A stretch of 59,429 nt of DNA, the filler included, from Sphacelaria rigidula (Eukaryota), in NCBI GenBank assembly GCA_964200075.2. It is 6 parts of 6 records of this genome, joined end to end, with 100 filler letters (N's around TTAATTAATTAA, not from the genome) between each part and the next. Parts side by side here need not be neighbours in the genome. Positions count along the whole stretch, not along the records: positions 49,610 to 59,429 come from CAXNAA020007690.1; 5 more parts are not named here. One strand, written 5' to 3'. The notes beneath the pieces were generated by a model. That model made no database searches. It saw nothing but the letters and a program-made list of their open reading frames with translations, and was not told the DNA's origin. Each line of letters opens with the position of its first letter. Position 1 is the stretch's first letter. A program made the position numbers and the translations under genes. Shown here one piece after another: positions 49,510 through 59,429 of this stretch.

Positions 49510-49609
49510 NNNNNNNNNNNNNNNNNNNNNNNNNNNNNNNNNNNNNNNNNNNNTTAATTAATTAANNNNNNNNNNNNNNNNNNNNNNNNNNNNNNNNNNN
49601 NNNNNNNNN
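49510..49609. other. Artificial contig-join spacer
   Basis: N44-TTAATTAATTAA-N44. Confidence 0.99.
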
Positions 49610-50719
49610 TGGAACGACCATTCCCATTGTGCGGAGTTGAGGTTGCGGCGGGTGGGGGGGGGGGGGCGGGTTAACCGGGAACTGATATCCATCGTGTCCT
49701 ACCAGCTTCTGCCTTTATTCTTCGCGAGCAAGTTGAGCAATGCTGCTTGGCACTTTCCCCGCTGCGCTGTTTATCCTACCTTGGTTTCGGGCCTTATCTC
49801 GTTCTTCATTACTTAATCTCTGGGCTTTTTTTCTCTTCCGTTTCTTTCCCCGTTTCTTTCTCTTTCACATTCTCTTCCTTCTCTCGCCCTTTCTCTTGTT
49901 CATCAAGTCGCATTGGTGCTTCTCTATCGCTCCCGCAGAGCTATCAGGGGTGAGCTCTGGCTCAATCGACGTTTCCCATAGGTAGCAGATGCGCGACCCG
50001 TTTTCCAGGCCTTGCTGTTTTGCGTGACCTTCTTGGCTAAAGTCATGCGACAGGGACCTGTCGTTTGTCTCTCTGAGTCTTGCTCCGGATCACGTCCTCG
50101 AGTGTTTCCTTGTCCACTCTTCTCTTCTCTTCTCCTCTTCTCTTCTCCTCTTCTCTTCTCCTCTTCTCTTTTTTTTCTTTCCGTTTCTCTCTTTTCACTT
50201 CACTCTGAGTTCTCCTTGCTTTTGCCATTTCCCTATTTTCTCATGTTTCCTTCAGCGGGTGTTTCTGTTCTATTTACCTTGCGTACGTCCACGATGCGAC
50301 TATAGATCAAACAAACAATCAACCAAGCCAAACCAAACCAACCGGTCGATCAATCGATCAAAATTATAGAATCAACATGCAGACAGAACCGGCACCTCGC
50401 CGAGGCCCTGCTTCCTTTGTGGAGCCGAGAGACAAGGATATGAAATGGGCGCAATTCTTGAAAAAAAAAGAGATATATAACGCCACTTTCCAGCAAGACC
50501 TCTCGGCCTCACTTCTCACTTGTATGTGCTAGAACCACATACAGGTACACCTGCTTTCACAGGGCGTTGCTCAACCGCCAGGTCCAGTTGGATCGGACAG
50601 AGGAAACCCCGGAACTCCCACGACATGATAACCGGAGTAGCATAAGCAGCAAACCGTGACTCCGGCATAAACACTGCCCTCAGAATTAACATCGAACCTC
50701 ATATATATATATTTTGCAG

Positions 50720-53700
50720 CGACAACACCGAGCGCGGGCGGCGGATCGTCTTCTGCTACGATGCCGCCCGCCATACGTGGTATCCCGCCGCCGTCAACGC
50801 ACGCGCGTCCTCACGGAGATGCGTTATTACAAGGCACAGCAGCGGGACGTCCCAGCGTGATAGCTATCACAGGAGGGGTTGGGCAACATGTCGGGAGCGG
50901 CGGTGGCGGCGGCGGCGGCGGCGGCGGGGGTAGCAGGTATAGATCACCGACTACCGTCGATCAGCGATTAAGCGGTGGGACGGTGCCGCCTCCCCGAGGT
51001 GTAGTGATCGCACGATCTTCGAGCACGCCGGCGGCATCGCTGGTGGGTTCACCGAGCAAGGAGGAGGTGAGAATATGGCGGGTGGTATGATGCATTACCT
51101 TTCGTGGTACCGCTCGGAGGTGATTTGACTTTACACTCGATTGTCGTCAACCCTCCGGCGGCGGCGGCGCTTGCGGCCCAAGGGCGCCTGTGGCCACGCA
51201 GCAAAACGTGAGGGTGTCTGTTGAAAGTTCTCGTGTATGCTTGCTTCTACTACGTAGGGACTCTTTCGGTATCTATCGAGCAGTATTGCATCGGGACAAG
51301 AAGAAATCGAGGGTGATTTTGCAAATGCTGTGGGATCTGGGGAGGGGGGTGGAGGGTGGAGAGTGGAGGATGAAGGGTAGTTTTCTTTTCATCTTTTGTG
51401 ATAAAGGGTGATCTACACCGCGGGAGAGATGGGGTTGATCCCTCGAGACCACGGACTCATCTCGGAGAAACGAGGAGGGTTCAAGTTGTGACGAAACACA
51501 TGAAATGGAGTAGGGTGTGGTTGTGTAGGGTGAAGCTCGATGTGCAGTCTCTTTTTGCCCGTCGAAAACCGACTTTCTAGAGTGCGGTTTCAAGTATAGA
51601 ACGGACATTCGTGAGGAGGAGGTTCTGGGTATGCGGTGTGCGTTTTCCCCAGACGATATGACGCTACCGCAGCCGAAACGTGAAATCGTTTCCCGTGGAC
51701 ACGCGGTCACCGACCTGGTTCATTTGTCTTGAAAATCTGGCTCATTCGTTCCGTCGCTCCGGTCGGAAGTAGGTTGCAAGGCCCGTTGCAGGGGAGAGAT
51801 GATGGGATGACCCCTCAAGGTCTCAGGCGCGTTCGATGAGGGAGGGTGTATGTACTCGTGACCTTGCATGCCGTAGTCATTAGACAATTGACCTCGCATC
51901 AATACAAGGCCGGTACGGAGCACGCCAGGTTTTCGCCGGACCATGGGAGGGTGGGGTGGGTGGGGGGGGCGTACTCATTTGTTGCTTGCCTTAGTCATTT
52001 GACCATTGACCACGCATCCCTTTCGAGACGGAGCACAGGTGGGGTGGGTGGGGTGGGTGGGGAGGTGTACTCATATGTTGCTTGCTTTCGTCATTTGACC
52101 ATTGACCACGCACCGCTTTCGAGACGGAGAGACGTTCCTACGCCTAGTAGGCACACCTGCAGCATTTGGGCACTCATCACGTCTGTTCCATACATCACAC
52201 AAGAAAGGCTTATACCTATCCATCTCTTTCCATCATCCATTTCCTACTGTAGTGTAGCGATTATTTATTGCTACGCTCGAGTGCACCAATTTTTTTATGT
52301 CACATTTTCGTTTGATTGATTCATCTCCTCCTGTAACACGCCCCGTGGGGGGGTAGGGGGGGGGAAGGAGAAGGACGAAAACACGGGAGAATTCAACGCT
52401 GATTTTTGGCCTGATGCGCTCTCCCCATATTTTTCCCGGTCATGAACGTCCGTCGCACCAGGTAACAGTGAAGGATACGGCCAACATTACCCGAAAAAAG
52501 GCCCAGCTTCCTCAGCAGGAGAATCTCGAGCACCCGACCCCCGTCGGCGGAAGCTGGCTGAAGAACCGCTACATCGTGAACAACTATATCCTACTCGAGC
52601 CGCTGGGTACGGGCAGTTACGCCGAGGTGATGCAGCTAAAAAGCTTGGTATACCACCGAGATGTGTGTCTGTGTCGTGTGTGTTGTCTTCCCATCTATTC
52701 TGGACGCCAGTCTACACCTTTCGGTATATGTGGACGCACCAGCCGGGGTCACACAGGAGGAGGCCGACACAGGCGTTTCTTCCTTTTCACTTGATCTAGT
52801 TCTCCACCTTCTTTTGCGGTGCTTGCGCCATTCATTTTTTCTATCGAGAGAGGGGTCCAGCACTCCCTTTCCCTCGTCGACGGTGAAGTCGAATTTTGTG
52901 TACCCACGACATAGTCGCTCTCCACTGTTGGGCATTATTGTGTTAGGAAAACCCCCAGATCGTGTGGCTGGACCGAGATTCGAACCCACGACCCAACCGT
53001 CAGAAGGTTTCGAAGTTACCGGGGCGAACGGTTACCGAGATGAAAAGCATTATTTTAGACAGAAGAAGCGGAAATAACATAAGGTGGAATAAAAAGAGAA
53101 AACAAACATACCAAGAGCGAGACACGCTGAGTGCCGTTGGCGAAGGACACACCGGGGGGGCTTGAAGTGATGCTCCTCGATAGCCTCCGCGTAAAAACAA
53201 GGGGAAACTTTGCAGACATACGGATCCCGGCGTAGGGCGTGTCTGGGAAAATCGGAGCAAGCAGCACATTAGATCACATTGAGACAGCGTTCGATATATG
53301 TCCAGCACTTCAGGAAGTCTGCCAGTGTCTTCGATCAGTCCGCGGACTGAACGGTGTTCACCTAGCTTCTTTCAGGGTAGGCGTGCCTGAGTCGTCAACA
53401 CGTTGTCGTCGGCTCAGGGCGAAGGTGTGTGCATATATGTATGTATAATATATGTATACATATGCTCGTTTTCCGTACATGTGAGAGTCATTTCTCATTG
53501 GTATACTACTGTACGCCGTCTACCGCTAGGTGCGACTGGCGAAGGAGAAGACGTCCAACAAGCTCTTTGCGGTGAAGATCATGAACAAAGATTTCCTGAA
53601 AAAAAAACAAGTGAGTTCAGTCGCTTCAGTTTCAAGTTGAGATGAGAAGACATGGAAACAATTAAATGCGGGGCCGACCTTGTTGCAGCGAAAAACTGAA

Positions 53701-56700
53701 AGTGCAAAAATTGATGGTGTGTTTTCAACCACGTAGTGCTGTCCGCGTACCCACGCTGTTTCTTCTGTCTCTCTTTCTTTCAGGGGCCCGAAATTGGGCT
53801 ATTTTCCCACGACCTAGTCTCCATCCAAGGTTTGAACAAATCGGAACTTGGTTGTACAAGGTTCGACATCGCGACTGTTTGCTGTTCGTCTCCCCGTGTT
53901 GTGCCGACTGCTAACCGCAGATTATCACGGGTGGAGCAACTCGTCACAAGGAAAATATTTGATGAAATCATGATGGCATGTCTTAACTACACTTCCTCGG
54001 CTCCACCTGGCAACGATCATACCCCTTTTTTCGCTCCCTTCAGTGTGAAAAAACGCAGGGTGCAGCGAAGTTAGCGTAATGCTACCAATGTACTATCCCC
54101 CTTGATCGACACTCGTACGTGCGTGCGCACGTAAAAAAAAAGCCTCCGTACCTCCTTTGGAATATGGCAGAGGGCCTCGGGAAAAAGCTCAAGCTTTGAG
54201 TTTGACATAGTAAGATGCTTCTGAGTCGAAAGACAAGCGTTGTGACAGCGTGTAGGGACATGAATCGATAACGGGTTTTGTCTCTTCGCATTATAGCCTT
54301 GACTGTGGCATCAGCCGCTTCTGAGTCGAGAGGCAAGCATGGCGACATCATGTAGGGAAATGAATCGATAACGATTATTGTCGAATTATAGAGGTGTCTC
54401 AAATTCGAGATTCCCGCTGTATATCGCAGTAAAAAACACTCTTGAATATATCGGGAACCTCGAGTTTGAGATACCTGTTATGAGAAAAGACTGTGACGGG
54501 TGTATATAGTTTAGGTAGCTCCCTCTTAATTGCATCGAGTACTTTTGGAATTTCCCGAGAGTCAGCTTCCGAAGTCCCTCGATTGCGCTGCGTTAGCTCC
54601 CCACGCAGCCTGCAGCTCCGTCCTCTGCCTTCGCAAGACGTGTTTTTTGTTGCAATTTAATTGTGCTTCCTGATTGATGCATGTGTGTCATGCATGGTGT
54701 TTTCTCTTTTGCTGGGGTCGCGCCGTCATCGCTCTGCGCCATTATTTTGCATTTCGGGTTGCGTGATTTCGCAAAAAAGAAAAGAAAAAGAGAAAGGAAT
54801 TGCTTCGCCCCCCCTGCAGCACCTTCAAAACCATCCTGGCACTGCGTCAGGTGTTCTTTCGTGTTGGCTCACGGAAATCCTCGTTCTCTGGAAGTACGGT
54901 CTTGTCCTGCGATCTGAATTATTCGTTTGACTGATTGATATTGACGGATTGATTTTGACGGATTAGTTTTGACGGATTAGTTTTGACGGATTAGTTTTGG
55001 CTGATTAATTTCGGCTGATTGATTCTGACTGGTTGATGTTGTGAGGCAGTGTGTTCCCCGTGGTTGTCTCTGGACGTGGCAATACCAGAAAACGGAGCAT
55101 CTCATTGTAGGCTGTCATCCATTTTGTAAGATAATCAGCACACTTCAGGCCGAACAAACGTATCGGAATTGAGGTCGCGACTCGCCGCACACATCACGAT
55201 GCTCCGCGCTTGGTGATAATTTTGCGAGCCTGGCTTGTCCTGTGAAGACCCGGGGTTCTCCGTCCCGGCTTTGTTGGGATGCGAGGTCAATGATCTCATG
55301 ACTACCGCATGGAAGGCGGTGACTATTCCCCCGCCCAGCTCAGCCCCTTGCGTGAATTATTTTTGACTACCTTTCCCGCGACTTTTGTTTCGGAATATCT
55401 TAAATGCTAACTCCCAACCATCATTTCTGAGTTCACCTTAGGCGGAGGGACATCTTATATATGTATATATATTATGCTGTATATGTGGATGTAAACACGA
55501 CGTCAACAGTGCGACGAATGGTATGTACGTGCATGCAAGACTTTTTCTCGTCAGCATTTTGCTTTGAACTGGTATTCGGTTTACCTCGGCCCCCTATTGT
55601 GGCTGACGTGGGGCAGAAGTTCAAGAGAGCCCCGGCGCACGTGCTTCAAATTCGAACATCAGGATAGTTTTTTGCTCCGTGGATGCTCATTTGGCTTTTA
55701 ATCGTTCTTCAGTCGGGTAATATCGAGATGGTACGTCGCCGTGCCTGCTGTGTCACTCAGTGTCTTGATTATGCCCAAGTGCTTCGCAATCGCGTTAGCT
55801 TGCACCTGCGGGTTTATTACTACCCAGGTAGGTAAGGAGGGCACCTTCATGGATGATATCAAGCGCGAGATTGCCATCATGAAGAAAGTCCACCACCCGA
55901 ACGTGCTGCGTCTCTACGAAGTCATGGACGACCCAAAGGTACATCGTAATACATCGCCAAATAAAAGGTATAGTTGTAGCATGCAAACAAAAGGTACAGA
56001 CAGTTGTAGTATAGACATAATACAGAGGGTACGGCATCCCCGGCATCTATAGACGACCCAAAGGTCCACCATAGTGCATCGCCAAACAAAAGGTACAGCT
56101 AGCTGTAGTATACAAACAAAAGGTACAGTTGTAGTATACAGAATACAGAGGATACAGCATGCCCGGTATCTACCGCCGTAGCACCGATCTGGTATTGGGT
56201 AAGTTGAAGTGTACATCCCGTTAGGATACAGGATATTCCCCATGTTAAAGACCGTATATTTCGTATCTGTTCGGTGGACAGTACTGTACTCTTCATTGAT
56301 TGCGCACATGAACTGAATCAGCACCGCCGCTACGACAAAATGAAAACGTTTGTGCCGAGGATTTTCGCACGGTCTGCGTGGTACTTCTTCACTTCACATT
56401 GGCACCCTAAAAATCTGTATCTACCACTAGGCACAAGTCCCGTGACTTACCCTCCCAGTCTCACTCTATCTTCCGTTCATTTACGTCTTGAACAATATGT
56501 CTCACCTGTGTAGTCCTTTCTGCCGGCAACTAACTTTCGGTGCATACAGTACATATCGGGGGGCAACAGTTACCTTTCTTGTTCCTTTATTTTCGTTTTA
56601 TTTTCTCACGTCTTCGTCTCCTTTTTTGTGCTTTTTTTTTTTCTTCAGCGAGTGTTTTAGTCTGCCAAGTGACCACGGCTGAATCCCTGGAGGAATCAGT

Positions 56701-58064
56701 TAAATAAAGTGCAGCAATTAATCAACCAACCAACCAACCAATCGAATCAATCAACATCAATCAGATAGATGTCAAATTTCTCCGGCCTAGGACTTTTTCC
56801 TGGGTTTCGCGCGGTTTCGCCCTCAAACACACGGACGAATGAGTCGATGCACCCCAAACGAATGTGAATCCACACACGCGGCCATTTGGCTACCCCCCAA
56901 AATGCCTCCGGAGGGATGCGCGACCTTCCAGAGGCAAAACAAGCCTCCGGAGGCCTTCAACCCCTCTGGAGGAAACCAAACACTACCGACCTGGAGGGCC
57001 GCGTACCCCTCCGGAGGAATTTGGGGGTAGCAAAATGCCTTCGGAGAGATGCGCAGCCCTCCAGGGGCAAAAACAAGCTTCAGGGGGCGTTTAATCCCTC
57101 TGGAGGGAACCAAAAAGTATCCTCTGGAGGGCCGCGCACCCCTCCGGAGGCGTTTAATTCCTCTGGAGGCTCAAAAACTTGACCGAGCTGGAGGAATTTT
57201 GGGGGTAGCCAAATGGCCGCGTGTGGAAGCTCTTACGTGTGGGGACATTTTTTTCACGCTCTCGTTTTCAAACGGAGAACGTTCTGGACAACATTCCGGC
57301 GATCATTCCGGCGAAGCTACACGAATGAGCAACTGTTTCAAGATTCAGACGGATGTCGATTCATCTGAAATTACTCACTGCTTTTAGCGCAATTGATTCA
57401 TGCCGTACGAACCAATCCTCGGGCTTTGTTTTTCAGCGTTGAACCCCAGGAACGCGCAACCCAGCACGTCGATCAGCGCAACAATTGCGGACACTATCTG
57501 CGACAGCCCCCCCCCCCCCCAGAACCAGCCCAAAAGTGCCACGAAAAAAATGATCACACAGCGCCTGATGTTTGGGTTCAGGCTGCATGAAGCACCTCAC
57601 ATGGGCGACATTGGCGAGGACGAACCCAAGCGTGGGAATTCCCAGCTGCTCGTGGTGCTCGACCTTTTCCATTTCGGTTTACGTGAACATTTTGCCTCCC
57701 CAAACTAGGCACGTGTTTTGGGGGGAGGGAGGCACTCGTGGAAAGTTTTTTACGTAGATACCTATTTCGACCCGCGGTTAGCGCCTAGTGCCCTTGTGCC
57801 AGATGGCCTAACCTCGCGGTAAGAAGGATTAAACGTCAATAAAGACAGTATGTTCACGTTGTCTTGTGTACTATTAATATACGTGAATATATATACATGT
57901 ATGTATATATATATATGTATGCACAATAATGTCAGGTGAACAAGCTATACCTCGTGCTGGAATACTGCAAGAAGGGCGACTTGATGAATATTCTCAACGG
58001 AGACACGAGGGCAGTCACGTGCGACCCCATGAACGATGCCGATGTCTGGTACATCATGCGCCAG
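50720..58064 (+). CDS. Ser/Thr protein kinase, CaMKK / SnRK1-activating kinase-like (partial: N-terminal region to subdomain VIa)
   Basis: In-phase exons 50720-51066 (Gly/Ser-rich), 52462-52626 (VNNYILLEPLGTGSYAE), 53530-53610 (VRLAKE...FAVKIMNKDFLKKKQ), 55828-55938 (DIKREIAIMKKVHHPNVLRLYEVMDDPK) and 57936-58064 (KLYLVLEYCKKG). The EIAIMKK-HPNV-L-EV-DDP-LYLVLEY pattern is typical of the CAMKK family. Confidence 0.93.
51971..52205. repeat. Dispersed repeat family H (tandem copies 3 and 4) in a kinase intron
   Basis: gtactcatwtgttgcttgc...gaccattgaccacgca...tttcgagacggag at 51971 and 52068, each preceded by G-rich runs. Confidence 0.85.
52670..53030 (-). mobile_element. tRNA-derived SINE copy in a kinase intron
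   Basis: B box (accgagattcgaacccac on +) and body collinear with 20555-20913; A box partly deleted. Confidence 0.8.
54392..54476. repeat. Short hairpin / tiny MITE-like element
   Basis: aggtgtctcaaattcgagattccc pairs with gggaacctcgagtttgagatacct (21/24). Confidence 0.7.
54941..55000 (+). repeat. 14-bp tandem repeat (ttttgacggattag), about 4 copies
   Basis: Directly visible. Confidence 0.85.
55927..56173 (+). repeat. 125-bp tandem duplication spanning an exon 3' end and donor site
   Basis: gacgacccaaaggt at 55927 and 56052, followed by collinear intron sequence. Confidence 0.85.
56873..57225. mobile_element. MITE with about 30-bp TIRs and internal cctccggagg palindromic repeats
   Basis: cacacgcggccatttggctacccccc-aaaat / attttgggggtagccaaatggccgcgtgtg; internal about 130-bp unit duplicated; no clear TSD. 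Confidence 0.85.
57507..57756. repeat. Dispersed repeat family A (copy 2)
   Basis: Collinear with 80-330. Confidence 0.75.
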
Positions 58065-59429
58065 GTACGGTATTCATCATTGGCACATTTTTCAAGAAGA
58101 TGATGAAACCAAAGCGTCACACATGGACCGTCCGCGCGTGGAGTCAGTATTGATCAGATCACGTCCGTCCGTGTGCCGTTCATCATGGTTGATATATATA
58201 TATATATATGTATATATACTTCGAAGTATATATATATATATTATTCTTGTTGTCCAGGTGTAGTACAACGACGGAGCGTAGGTAGTTGGTCTTTGCTTTT
58301 TCGTCGTTCCATCTGTGTTCCCTTTTTAAAAAAAAAATTGCAGTTCAGATTCCATATCTTTTACATCCGTTGCCCGACGACCTGTTGTGGGTGTACAATA
58401 GATACGAAACGCTGCACAGAAAAAAAGCAGCATCAAGTGTCGAAAGAGTACGGAAGCAGTAGCCACTGGTATTTATAACGCTGACGGGCCCTGCGGACGA
58501 CGGTGTGCGGGGTCAGTAACACGGGGCAGTACAGGTGTGGAGGGATTCCGGCGAGGACAAGGGGGATATGTAAAAATAATAACAATAATAAACTGTAAAA
58601 TTATACGTTTTCGCGCAGAAAGTCGCAGAAATATAGGGATACATCGTCGACATCTTGCTCAGTACGTGCGATCTTGTTGGAGGGATGGAAATCGCGCGTC
58701 GTGTCCGTCAACTACACAATAATGAAAACGTACACACGCGATCTTCTTCCTTCATGTTTTCCCTCGTTGCTTTTCTCTTTTTTTCGATCGTTCCCGTGGG
58801 GGTATACGTCTACCTTGCGACCATCACATGTACATGTTAATCAATATCAAGCACTTCGTTAAGGAATTTTGATCCATCTGAGTGTCCCCCGAGTAATAGT
58901 TGATGTGAGCCCAACACTACTAAGGCCCCTCGTAAAACATAGTCCGGTCTACTTCACATACTGGCAGGAACATGCTTAAGGCAAGCTATATACTCCAGGT
59001 ACGCTAGATGAGCAATGCTACGGTAGGGGTGCGCTTTTTGCGCAAAATCTTGTCTGGTTCGGGGGCTCCTAACGGTTCTAGATACACAGGAATATGGGTC
59101 AGGGCATCCCCGTTCGCAAATTAATCCAGTCGGGATATCCCCAGCACATTGGAACAGTAATTCTGGCGTACTCTCACATATTCTCATAAGCCGTGTTGTG
59201 GATGAGATCAAGGGCTCCTAAAAATTTATCCTGAGAAAATATTTGTGCACCCCTTCCGTAGCATCACTCAGATAAGTGTCCATGACGTTTGAGTCGACGT
59301 TGGCGAATTTCTACACAACGAGTATGTTCGGATTTGTTTTGTTCATGTGCATGATCGGGATCCTCTTCATATAACGCACGCACGTGTTGGCGGCATTCTT
59401 CCCCCCCCCCTTTCTTTTTTTCTTTGCTT

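Noticed and set aside
656..58064. Functional gene cluster of PPDK, lipid kinase, polymerase, Rossmann protein and CaMKK
   Set aside because: The genes lie on different concatenated contigs, so their proximity is artificial.

Overview
Eukaryotic, intron-rich nuclear DNA. It is most likely a brown alga or other photosynthetic stramenopile (inferred from a bipartite plastid-targeting presequence, many short GT-AG exons and the repeat content). The window is not one locus. It is six separate contigs of 9823, 9822, 9822, 9821, 9821 and 9820 bp joined by identical 100-nt spacers (N44-TTAATTAATTAA-N44), i.e. length-sorted concatenation. Genes rebuilt from in-phase exons: (1) 3' part of pyruvate,phosphate dikinase (8 exons); (2) terminal exon of a sphingosine/diacylglycerol-kinase-family gene; (3) a family A DNA polymerase resembling the Pol theta polymerase module, with an unusually long insertion after motif 2; (4) first exon of a plastid-targeted Rossmann-fold protein on the minus strand; (5) five exons of a CaMKK/SnRK1-activating-type kinase. 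The rest is mostly transposon-derived: a frameshifted RTE-type LINE with an (AAC)n tail, tRNA-derived SINEs, two non-autonomous TIR elements with 8-bp target-site duplications, several palindromic MITE-like hairpins and minisatellites. I found no convincing novel multi-gene system. The best leads are the Pol theta-like gene and the structurally defined transposon families.
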